Shown here in pieces: positions 21,384 through 30,408 of a stretch of 64,000 nt of DNA. Below the pieces are notes generated by a model. It ran no database searches and was not told the origin of the DNA. It saw nothing but the letters and a program-made list of their open reading frames with translations. How positions within the stretch are numbered: the stretch's first letter is position 1; each line of letters opens with the position of its first letter. Source of the DNA: Pseudothermotoga sp. (GTDB taxonomy: Bacteria; Thermotogota; Thermotogae; Thermotogales; DSM-5069); the NCBI GenBank assembly GCA_031962025.1, contig JAVRKW010000006.1; one strand, written 5' to 3'. The translations under genes and the position numbers were made by a program.

Positions 21384-22364
21384 CTATTGATCCACTCTGT
21401 ATCCATATTTTTTCAAAAGATGTGAGTTGACAGCAAAGGTCGGCACTTTACCTGAAAGAACTTCTATGACACCCTGTGCAGCATCCCGAGCCATTCTCAC
21501 AACACATTCTTTTGTTAAAGCAGAGTTGTGTGGTGTGAGCAGTATTTTATCGCAACTGAAAAATGGATGATCTTCTTGTGGTGGTTCCTGGACAAAAACG
21601 TCTGTTGCAGCGCCGGCGATCCATCCTTCTGTCAGTGCTTTTAAAATTGCATTTTCATCCCACAATGGTCCCCGTGCCATGTTTATGATGAAAGCAGTTG
21701 GCTTCATCAATTTTAACTGAGATTCATTTATCAAGTTTCTCGTTTCATCGGTCAGTGGTGCATGTATTGTGATAAAATCTGATTCTTTCAAAAGAGTTTG
21801 TAATGACACGAGTTCTACTCCAATTTCTCTGGCTTTTTCTTTATCAACATATGGATCAAATGCCATAACTTTCATTGAAAAAGCCATCTGACATTTTCTG
21901 GCTACAAGTGTGCCGATCCGCCCAAGTCCTATTATCCCCAGAGTTTTTGAATCTAAGTCCACTGTGGAAAAAAAATCTCGTATTTTGAAGTTATTGTTTC
22001 TCGTGGCACTGTCCATTTGCTTGAGCTTTTTTGCAAGTGCAAGGATGAATGCGATGGTTGCCTCTGCTACTGAAACGGCATTTGCATTGGGTGTGTTGAC
22101 AACCCAGATGCCTTTTTTCGAAGCCTCTTCAAGATCTACATTGTCCAAGCCCACTCCATGTCTTGCGATCACTTTCAATTTTTGCGCACTCTGAATGATT
22201 TCTGCGGTAAACGGAGATGTCCTGACTATAACACCATCGATATCCACTATCTCTTTTTTCAGGACCTCTGGATCAGTACTTGAGGCATGGACAACCTGAA
22301 AACCCGCTTGCTGTAACATTTCAATGCCACTCTCATGAATTGGTTGAACGATCATGACTTTCAT
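21384..22364 (-). CDS. D-2-hydroxyacid dehydrogenase (SerA-like, no ACT domain)
   Basis: RHGVGLDNVD, GLGRIG, NMARG, DVFVQEPP, LTPH; start placed at MKVMIVQP (22364), alternative in-frame ATG at 22379. Confidence 0.85.
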   Translation of the reverse strand: MKVMIVQPIHESGIEMLQQAGFQVVHASSTDPEVLKKEIVDIDGVIVRTSPFTAEIIQSAQKLKVIARHGVGLDNVDLEEASKKGIWVVNTPNANAVSVAEATIAFILALAKKLKQMDSATRNNNFKIRDFFSTVDLDSKTLGIIGLGRIGTLVARKCQMAFSMKVMAFDPYVDKEKAREIGVELVSLQTLLKESDFITIHAPLTDETRNLINESQLKLMKPTAFIINMARGPLWDENAILKALTEGWIAGAATDVFVQEPPQEDHPFFSCDKILLTPHNSALTKECVVRMARDAAQGVIEVLSGKVPTFAVNSHLLKKYGYRVDQ

Positions 22365-22552
22365 AGGTATTGAGTGCATAAAACTCCATCTTCTTCAAGA
22401 TGGAAAAATGCACTCTTTCCTCCTTTCTAACATCAATTTTCTTGTTTTTTCTACATGTTTTTTGTCAGAGAACCCATCGCAGAATGTTCATTGATTGAGG
22501 TTAATCAACTGTGGCTTTTTCAAGCCCCGCTTTTATAAGCGATGAGTATGAC
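22365..22552 (-). mobile_element. Miniature non-autonomous IS200/IS605 (IscB/OMEGA-type) relic, 188 bp
   Basis: Minus strand reads GTCA...CGCTT-ATAA-AAGCG GGGCTT-GAAA-AAGCC..GTTGATTAACCTCA (HEARO/omega-RNA 5' like), AACATT..GCGATGGG, an IscB-tail-like frame EKTRKLMLERR, a terminal hairpin, then ATGAA; homologous to 39768-39855. Confidence 0.65.
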
Positions 22553-22794
22553 TTTTCGTGCCTTTATTGAGATTCAGTTCGTGACTAAAATAATTATAAA
22601 CTCTATTTCTAAAGCTGGTTTATGCAGAAACCGATTTTTAAGTGTAATTCTTGTGCACGGTAGTTTTTCTGGTGCATTTTCATTAACGAAAAAGTAAACT
22701 TTCTGGTGTTTATCATCTTCAAAAACATGTCAGTTGTGTTGAGAACCTTATATATCAGGTCAAAAGATGTAGAATGGTAAAGGAGGTGTCTGAT

Positions 22795-23133
22795 TTGAAA
22801 ATCGGTAGCTACAAAGATATTCAGCCGCAGAGTTTTTTCGATGGTAAGGTTTTAAAGCGAGTTCTTGTAGGTCCAAATGACAATTCGCCAACTTTTGCGA
22901 TGAGACTTTTCACACTCAAACCAGGAGCAAGTACACCATATCATTCCCATGATTGGGAACACGAGGTTTTTGTTGTAGATGGAAAAATAAAGGTCAAATC
23001 AAAAGATGGAGAAACAGTGGTTGAAAAAGGTGCTTTCGTTTTCGTGGAACCAAATGAAGAACATCAATTTACAAATGTCGGTGATAAATTCGCACACTTT
23101 ATATGTGTTGTGCCAAATCGCGGTGAACAGTAA
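22795..23133 (+). CDS. Cupin domain protein
   Basis: PYHSHDWEHEVFV and PNEEHQF cupin motifs; TTG start after AAGGAGGTG. Confidence 0.88.
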   Translation: MKIGSYKDIQPQSFFDGKVLKRVLVGPNDNSPTFAMRLFTLKPGASTPYHSHDWEHEVFVVDGKIKVKSKDGETVVEKGAFVFVEPNEEHQFTNVGDKFAHFICVVPNRGEQ

Positions 23134-23189
23134 AACAAAATCCGCAAAAAGATACTGGTATCTCTCAATAATGAATTAGAGGTGTTTTT

Positions 23190-24598
23190 ATGCAAAGAGA
23201 CACAAGGGGTGTTTCACTTCTTCGGTCCGATCCCAAGAAAGCTGTCGTGAAGTTATCTCTGCCAATGATGGTGGCTCTGGTTGTTCAGGCTCTATATAAT
23301 CTTGTTGATAGCATCTGGGTAGCAGGACTTGGACCTGAGGCGCTTGCGGGGATTGGGCTGTTTTTTCCTATTTTCATGATCATACTGGCTTTTTCCGGTG
23401 GAATCGGTGTCGGCGCAAGTTCCGTTATATCTCGAAAGATAGGAGAGAGAAACAAAAAACAAGCCGATTCTGCAGCTACCTGTTCTATAGTCTTGCTATT
23501 ATTTTTGGCATCAGCGCAACATCAACGGTGTATCCTTTCCTCGGCTCTGTTTTAAAACTAACAGGAGCCAGCGGTAGGACATTCGAGCTTGCAGTAAAGT
23601 ATTCCAGAGTAATGCTTGTGGGTATAACACTCTTGATGTTTAACAACGTGGTAAATGGGATACTCAGAGGCGAAGGTGACACAAAAAGATCAATGAATGC
23701 CATAACCCTTGGAGCAGTTTTGAATATTTTCTTAGATCCTTTGTTCATATACACCTTCGGCTGGGGTATTGAGGGGGCAGCTTATGCAACCGTTGCTTCG
23801 ATAGTTGCTTCAACCCTTTTGATGGCAAACTGGTTGTTTTTGAAGAAAAATACTTATGTTTCACTCAGCTTTAAGCATTTGCGTGAGGGTAGGCAGATAG
23901 TGATTGATATACTGAGGGTTGGAATACCAACGTCTTTTGGCCAAATAATCATGTCTACATCTAATTTTGTGTTGAATAGATTCATCATAGTAGCTGGTGG
24001 AGATATAGGTGTTGCCATTTTCACAAGTGCGTGGAGAATCATAAATTTCGGCACGATACCATTGATGGGTATAGCAAACGCCGTGACTTCTGTAACCGGT
24101 GCAGCCTATGGTGAAAGAAATTCAAAAAAACTGGAAGAAGCTTACCTTTTTGCGGTGAAATTTGGTCTTATCATTGGTCTGTGCACAATGACGGCAGTGT
24201 TTTTGTTTGCTTCAAAGATAGCATTTGTATTCACCTATTCGAAAAGTGCCAGCGTTCTTTTCCGAGATCTTGTGAATGCCCTGAAAATTTTGAGCTTTTT
24301 CATCCCCACGGTTCCATTTGGAATGTTTACTTCTGCTATGTTTCAGGGTATAGGTCATGGAGTTAAAAGCCTTGCAGTTTCAATTCTCAGAACGGTGGTT
24401 TTGCATGTTTTCTTTTCATGGCTCTTTGTGTTTGTTTTGAATTTAGGTTTAAAAGGTGTGTGGTGGGGAATGTTGTGTGGGAATATGGTGGCAGAAGCTG
24501 TGACTTTTGCGTGGGGACTTGCGACTCTAAAGGGTTTGAGAAAAATTTTCCAGATGGAGAAAAACAGGATTGATGCTGTTGAAACAAACGTGCTGTAG
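23190..24598 (+). pseudogene. MATE efflux transporter, frameshifted near 23490-23492
   Basis: N-terminal MATE ORF 23190-23555 (YNLVDSIWV) continues in the -1 frame (LAIIFGISATSTVYPFLG...RGEGDTK) to 24598. Confidence 0.85.
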
Positions 24599-24632
24599 TT
24601 CTTCATATTTGTTTATCTCATCTGCTGATGAT

Positions 24633-25361
24633 TTAAAAATTTAAAGTTGTTATACGCAGGGTAGATAGATCACTTCTCATGATCAGGTTCAAATAATAAA
24701 TCGGCTCAGTCTGGTTTTGGACATAGATCCAGCGTTGCATATGCAAAATCTGAGTTTCTTCAGGCAACATCAACAGTGACCTTTCTTCTTTCTCTGCTAT
24801 ACGCGGGATTATTATTTGCTCAACCTTTGATATCGATATGTCTGTTTCATTGACGAGTATTTTTGCGATGGATTTTGACAGATCTTTATCGTCAAAGATG
24901 GATGCAATTTCTGGATGAAAGTACGAATCTTCAATTGCCAAAGGTATTTCATCGACATAGCGTAATCTTCTAAGGTAAAGGCATTTTGATGTATGCCTGA
25001 AACGAAGATTTTGTTTCAATTTCAAATCAAGATCTATGTATTTTTTCTCAATTACAGTGTTTTTGGAGTGGATATTAAAAGTCTCCAAGGCATAGCTTAA
25101 ACTTATCAGAGGCTCGAAACCAAGAGATGGTCTTATTCTTTTGACAAAGGTGCCAACTCCGTGTTTTTTGACAAGATATCCTTCCAGAACAAGACTATCT
25201 ATAGCTGATCTGACAGTGGCTCTGCTGACTTTGTAGGTTTTCATCAAATCAAATTCTGTGGGAATTTTTTCTCCCTCTTTCCAATCGCCTTTCAATATCT
25301 TTTCTTTCAGTTCCTGTTTCAGCTGAACATAAAGAGGCATAGCACTTGTTTTATCTATCAA
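24633..25361 (-). CDS. GntR-family (HutC/UTRA) transcriptional regulator
   Basis: PLYVQLK, IPTEFDL, VSRATVRSAI, GVGTFV; UTRA-type C-terminus. Confidence 0.92.
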   Translation of the reverse strand: MIDKTSAMPLYVQLKQELKEKILKGDWKEGEKIPTEFDLMKTYKVSRATVRSAIDSLVLEGYLVKKHGVGTFVKRIRPSLGFEPLISLSYALETFNIHSKNTVIEKKYIDLDLKLKQNLRFRHTSKCLYLRRLRYVDEIPLAIEDSYFHPEIASIFDDKDLSKSIAKILVNETDISISKVEQIIIPRIAEKEERSLLMLPEETQILHMQRWIYVQNQTEPIYYLNLIMRSDLSTLRITTLNF

Positions 25362-25514
25362 CTCATCATTCCTCCAAGTTATTTTATCAGAAATGAACTA
25401 CTGGGAATACGATGTAATATTTTTGAGTGATGCTAAGTTGTACAAAAATAGTTGGTGAATCTGCTCAAAAAGCCTAAACCTTCTTGAAGGTGACCAGAGG
25501 CGATCTGGTGCTTT

Positions 25515-27224
25515 TTATGATATTTTCCTTTTTTGTGCATCACTTAGGTCTAATCCAAGTGTTCCTCCGGGGTTCATGATGTTGTTGGGATCAAAGTATC
25601 TTTTTAAGGCTTTCATCACTTCAAGCTGATTTTTGCCTATGCATTCTTCGAACCATGGTGCGAACAGTTTTCCTATTCCGTGGTGGTGGCTCAACGCCGC
25701 ACCGTGTTTTACTATGTTGTCGAGTATCCCGCTCTGGTATTCAACAAACTCTTCGATGCTTTCAAATTTCCCTATGAAGATGAAATACAGGTTGGTTCCC
25801 TGAGGATAGAAATGTGAACAATGGCTCATAACGATGGTTTTTGGTCTTTGTTTGCAGTATTTTCTGACATTTTCCCAAACATATTCAACCTGATCCCACG
25901 CCACAGCGCATTCGAGTGTATCTATGACTATGCCAAAATCATTCAGATCATCTCTGAGGTATGGATCTGTAAATCTGCCGTGTTCCCATGATTTTGCCAC
26001 AAAACCTGTTGTGTACATCGCACCATATCTTCTTGCCAGCTTCATTATGTTTCTTTTGACGTTTTTTGCATAGCTTTTCTCTCCCTGCGCAATTCCAAGG
26101 AGCAAACATCTTTTCATGGGTTTAAAGCCCCGAAAGCTTATCATTTTGTCTATCAGTGTACCTTCAACACCATAGAGTTTTAACGCGACGTCTGTTTCCT
26201 CGGGGTCTGATAATCTCATTACCGAAGGAACACCAAATTGAGATTGCATTATCTCCCTTGTTGCTTCTATCGCACTGTGAAAATCTGGAAAGATTAAACT
26301 GAATCTTTGATCATTTTCCGGAAGATATCTGAAGATTTTAAGCGTGGCTGAGACAAGTAATCCATAAGCTCCCTCGCTACCAATGAAGATTTGGTCTATC
26401 GATGGACCAAGAGCAGCCCTTGGATATTCTTTTGTAATGATCTCTCCTACGGGGGTTATGTATTCCTGACAGACTACAAGGTCTTCAATTTTCCCATAAT
26501 ACGTCGAATTCTGCCCTGCACCTCTTGTGACGATCCATCCGCCAACGGTGGAGCCCTCAAAGGACTGGGGCAGATGACCGCAGGTGTATCTGTACTTTGC
26601 GCCGAGTTCTTCAGGTGCGTTGTTCAGTTTTCTTTCAAGTTCTGGACCGTAGATACCCGGTTGAACTGTGACGGTGTGGTTGATTTCGTTCAGTTTGAGA
26701 ATTCGATTCATGTGTTTTGTGAAATCTACGCAAACACCGCCATTTACACATTCAGTTCCTCTTGTTACTGTTGAGCCTCCTCCCCTTGGATAGATTGGTA
26801 TTTTGTTTTCACTGCAGTACTTTACTATTTCTACAACGTCTTTTTTATCTTTTGGAAATAAAACTGCATCTGGGAGGTTTTCTATTTTCTTTTCTCTCAA
26901 TCTCATTAAATCAAGCATGGTTTTTCCAAAACTTGCTTTCACCCTAGAATAGTCATCTGTTTTCACATTCTCTGCTCCAAGCATGTTTTCGAAAGCTTGA
27001 ATGTGTTTTGGTGAAAGCTTAATTGGTATATCGACCTTCACCTGTTCAAAACCGGGATTTACATGATGTTCGAAATGTTCATCGGATAATTCAAAGACCT
27101 GCTTCATCAATCTGTAGAGCCTTTTGTTTGGGTGTTTGAAAAAATTTGGATCTCCCCATTTGAAGATTGATCTGTAAGAACCAGCAGGAGGTGCCTGCTC
27201 AATCCATTTTGGTTGAAATTCCAT
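25515..27224 (-). CDS. FAD-linked oxidase, alkyl-dihydroxyacetonephosphate synthase-like
   Basis: PRGGGSTV, GHLPQSFEGSTVGGWIVTRGAGQ, YGKIED, GSEGAYG, LSHHHGIGK, DPNNIMNPG. Confidence 0.85.
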   Translation of the reverse strand: MEFQPKWIEQAPPAGSYRSIFKWGDPNFFKHPNKRLYRLMKQVFELSDEHFEHHVNPGFEQVKVDIPIKLSPKHIQAFENMLGAENVKTDDYSRVKASFGKTMLDLMRLREKKIENLPDAVLFPKDKKDVVEIVKYCSENKIPIYPRGGGSTVTRGTECVNGGVCVDFTKHMNRILKLNEINHTVTVQPGIYGPELERKLNNAPEELGAKYRYTCGHLPQSFEGSTVGGWIVTRGAGQNSTYYGKIEDLVVCQEYITPVGEIITKEYPRAALGPSIDQIFIGSEGAYGLLVSATLKIFRYLPENDQRFSLIFPDFHSAIEATREIMQSQFGVPSVMRLSDPEETDVALKLYGVEGTLIDKMISFRGFKPMKRCLLLGIAQGEKSYAKNVKRNIMKLARRYGAMYTTGFVAKSWEHGRFTDPYLRDDLNDFGIVIDTLECAVAWDQVEYVWENVRKYCKQRPKTIVMSHCSHFYPQGTNLYFIFIGKFESIEEFVEYQSGILDNIVKHGAALSHHHGIGKLFAPWFEECIGKNQLEVMKALKRYFDPNNIMNPGGTLGLDLSDAQKRKIS

Positions 27225-27236
27225 TTCTTTCACCTC

Positions 27237-28793
27237 TCAACATTCTGGATAACCGGTTATCCTTTGCATGGATCTATACAGTGGACATAATCTGCCATAC
27301 ATCTTTTTGTAGACATGTTCATACAGCTGAGAGTAAAGTTTTGCACGGTCCTTGTCCGGTATGAATTGTTTGCTGTATCTGACCATCTTTTGAACGGCGT
27401 TTTCAAAAGAAGAGTAGTATTTTATTCCAACAAAACCGACTATAGCTGCTCCAAGACCAGAGCCTTCGTAAGTTTCTCCTCTGACTGTTTCTTTGTTCAA
27501 AACATCTGCCAGTGTCTGGCAAACGAAATCCGATCTTGATCCTCCACCTGTTACCATGACTTTTTCGATGGGTGTGTGAGAAACCTTTTCTATCTTTTCT
27601 GCCGCGTCTTTCAGTGCATAGGAAAGACCTTCTATTATGGCTCTGTACAGATAAGCTCTGTTGTGCACATCACCAAATCCTATGATTGCTCCTCTTGCTT
27701 CTGGCATTTTTAAACCAGCACCCCAGTAAGGTTGAAGCATCAAGCCGAGTGAACCGGGCTTTGTTACTTTCAGCAGTTCATCAAAGACATCTTCGACTTT
27801 TATACCTTTTTCCTGTGCTATTTGAGATTCATAACTGCCAAATTCCTTTTTGAACCAGCTAACCATCCAGAATCCTCTGAATATCTCGACCTCTGGATTG
27901 AAACGATTCGGGATCACAGCAGGGTATGAAGGCATGAATTTCAATGGTTCAAGGTATTTTCTGGAAGTTATCTGCATCGTGGTCGTTGTGCCAAGGCTTG
28001 CACATGCAAGGGATTCTGTCAGGCATCCCATGGCAACAGTTTCACAACCTTTGTCTGATCCTGCGGCTATCAACGGAGTGCCCTGTGCGATCTGAGTCAG
28101 TTCTGAAGCCTTTTTGGTCAAAGTTCCTATTACGGTCGCCGGTTCAACCAAGTCGGGGAGTTTGTCCTTTTCTATCTGAAACAGATAAGGCTGGTAATCG
28201 TGCTTTGGATCAGCCCATCTGAGTTTTTTGTAATTAAAAGGTATATGACCTATCTGATTGGCAATTGAATCGATGAATTTGCCGCTGAGAAGATAGTGAA
28301 ACCAGCCGGAAAGCAGCAAAAATTTGTGGGTTTTCTGCCAGATCTCCGGTTCGTTCTGCCTGACCCAGTTTGCCTTGCATTTTTTTGCCGAGATCTTTGC
28401 GGCCTTATCCATCCCGACGATCTTAAAACCTATTTTGTAATGCAAGGGTAGTTTGATATCAAGCTCAGCCATTCTTTGATCTAACCATAAAATTGCTGGC
28501 TTTAATGGGTTGCCATCTTTGTCCAGAAAAACACAGGTGTCGCGCTGGGTGGTTACTGTCACAGCCGCTATTTTTTTCCACAGAGCGGTGTCTTTTTCTT
28601 TAACCACTGAACAGGCTTTTGAAAGGGCTTTTATGTACACTTCTACATCCTGTTCAGCCCAGCCAGGTTTTGGCGAGATGTAAGTTTGCGGGTATTCCTC
28701 TTTGTGCATTTGCAACAGTTTACCGTTTGAATCAAAAAGAAGTACTCTCAGGCTCTGCGTGCCGCAATCTATTGTGAGTATCACATCAGACAT
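27237..28793 (-). CDS. FGGY-family carbohydrate kinase
   Basis: IDCGTQSLR, PGWAEQD, ILWLDQR, GSDKGC, TGGGSRS. Confidence 0.92.
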   Translation of the reverse strand: MSDVILTIDCGTQSLRVLLFDSNGKLLQMHKEEYPQTYISPKPGWAEQDVEVYIKALSKACSVVKEKDTALWKKIAAVTVTTQRDTCVFLDKDGNPLKPAILWLDQRMAELDIKLPLHYKIGFKIVGMDKAAKISAKKCKANWVRQNEPEIWQKTHKFLLLSGWFHYLLSGKFIDSIANQIGHIPFNYKKLRWADPKHDYQPYLFQIEKDKLPDLVEPATVIGTLTKKASELTQIAQGTPLIAAGSDKGCETVAMGCLTESLACASLGTTTTMQITSRKYLEPLKFMPSYPAVIPNRFNPEVEIFRGFWMVSWFKKEFGSYESQIAQEKGIKVEDVFDELLKVTKPGSLGLMLQPYWGAGLKMPEARGAIIGFGDVHNRAYLYRAIIEGLSYALKDAAEKIEKVSHTPIEKVMVTGGGSRSDFVCQTLADVLNKETVRGETYEGSGLGAAIVGFVGIKYYSSFENAVQKMVRYSKQFIPDKDRAKLYSQLYEHVYKKMYGRLCPLYRSMQRITGYPEC

Positions 28794-30408
28794 ACTCTAT
28801 CACCTTCGATGTGCTTGTTGCCACAAGGTTTGCACCTGTTCCGGCTATGTTTTCAAGAATGATCTCTCCTCTTGCAACAGGTTTTTGAACAACGACTTTT
28901 CTCACACAGTCCATTGCTTCTTTAAAAGATTCAAGTGGTATAGGTCTGTCTGTTTTTACAGGAAGCAGCTTATGGTTGATTGTGGCAACAGTCGTACACA
29001 GTATTCGTTTTGGATTCAAAAGGTCGTTTTTTGCAAATTCAAAGCCTCTTGGACAACTGTACCCGCGAAAATCGTTTTCACCAAAAATCTCAATTTCACA
29101 TCCCTTTGGACATACGATACACACTATTTTTCTGTTAAATCTTTCCATATCTTCTCCCCCCAGACCGGAAAGCTCGATAGTGATTTTACTCTTTACTGAT
29201 GAAATCTCAAAATCGACAAATTCAGTTTGCTGTGGTCTAACCGTCTCAAAAGTTTTTTGAGAAATTATTTCATCAGATCTGACAAGCAATTTTGCGTTCC
29301 TTTTCTGATATTTTGGTCGGAAAAACAATCTGATTTTTTCACGGCATGGAAGACTGATTCTTTGAGGCACGCAGTAAGCGATATCCTCTGATGGTTCTAT
29401 CTGCAGATACTTTTTAACCGTGAGCAATCCTTTTGAATACATCGCTGCAGATCTTCCTGCGATTTTACCGGTCTGTGTAACATAATCTACAAGATCATGC
29501 ACATGCAGAGCATTTCCACAGCTGAAGACACCTTCTACACTTGTCATCATGTTCTGATCGACAACTGGACCTTTTGTTTTTTCGTCCATTTCTATTCCAA
29601 GCGACTCTGCAAGTTCATTTTCCGGTATTAGCCCAACGGCTAAAATCAATCCATCGCACTCTATCGTTTGTGCAGTAGAAGGAATGGGTTTTTTATTTTC
29701 ATCGACTTTTGTTATTTCAACGGCTTGTAATCTTTCTTTTCCGAATACTCTTGTAACCGTATGGGAAAGAAACAGAGGAATCTTGAAATCTTCCAAACAC
29801 TGAGATATATTTCTCGCAAGCCCGGATGGTTGCTTTTGTATCTCATAGACTCCAAGCACCTGTGCTCCTTCCAATGTCAGCCTTCGTGCCATTATCAATC
29901 CTATGTCCCCGCTTCCAAGTATTACACATCGTTTGCATGGTAAAAAGCCCATTATATTCACCATGTACTGGGCAGTACCGGCTGTAAAGACACCGGATGG
30001 TCTGTCACCGTGTATGAAGATTTGCTTTGAAGTTCTTTCTCTGCAACCTGTGGCAAGAACGATAGCTTTGCTTTTCAAAGCAAAAATACCTTTGCTGTTT
30101 TGAATGGTTACACAAAAAGAGTCATTTTCTTTTTTAATCTCAAGCACAAAACTTTGAAGCAAGATATCTATGTCAAGCTCGTTCAGTTTTTCTATATATC
30201 TTTCGGCGTATTCTGGGCCTGTTAGTCTTTCTTTGAATTCTATTACCCCAAAACCGTCGTGAATGCATTGTTTTAAGATTCCCCCGGGCACTGGTTCTCT
30301 TTCCACTACCAAAACTTTCGCTCCAGAAATATTGGCTGACACTGCCGCAGATAGTCCTGCAGGTCCTGCACCAATGACAAGCACATCGTATTCAACCATG
30401 TCAATCAC
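28786..30408 (-). CDS. NAD(P)/FAD-dependent oxidoreductase fused in frame to a DUF1667-like CxxC domain
   Basis: IGAGPAGL, GGILKQCIHDGFG, ATGCRER, GSGDIGLIMARR; C-terminal CIVCPKGC...CPRG...TTV domain preceded by an internal SD-ATG at 29148. Confidence 0.85.
   Translation of the reverse strand: MIDMVEYDVLVIGAGPAGLSAAVSANISGAKVLVVEREPVPGGILKQCIHDGFGVIEFKERLTGPEYAERYIEKLNELDIDILLQSFVLEIKKENDSFCVTIQNSKGIFALKSKAIVLATGCRERTSKQIFIHGDRPSGVFTAGTAQYMVNIMGFLPCKRCVILGSGDIGLIMARRLTLEGAQVLGVYEIQKQPSGLARNISQCLEDFKIPLFLSHTVTRVFGKERLQAVEITKVDENKKPIPSTAQTIECDGLILAVGLIPENELAESLGIEMDEKTKGPVVDQNMMTSVEGVFSCGNALHVHDLVDYVTQTGKIAGRSAAMYSKGLLTVKKYLQIEPSEDIAYCVPQRISLPCREKIRLFFRPKYQKRNAKLLVRSDEIISQKTFETVRPQQTEFVDFEISSVKSKITIELSGLGGEDMERFNRKIVCIVCPKGCEIEIFGENDFRGYSCPRGFEFAKNDLLNPKRILCTTVATINHKLLPVKTDRPIPLESFKEAMDCVRKVVVQKPVARGEIILENIAGTGANLVATSTSKVIEYV

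Noticed and set aside
22419..22430. CCTCCTTTCTAA as a 16S rRNA 3'-end fragment
   Set aside because: Only ~12 nt match; this is the complement of an extended SD, with no other rRNA sequence nearby.
22372..22437. The repeated hairpin as a known riboswitch or intrinsic terminator
   Set aside because: It matches no aptamer consensus I recognise, lacks a U-tract after the full stem, and precedes unrelated genes.
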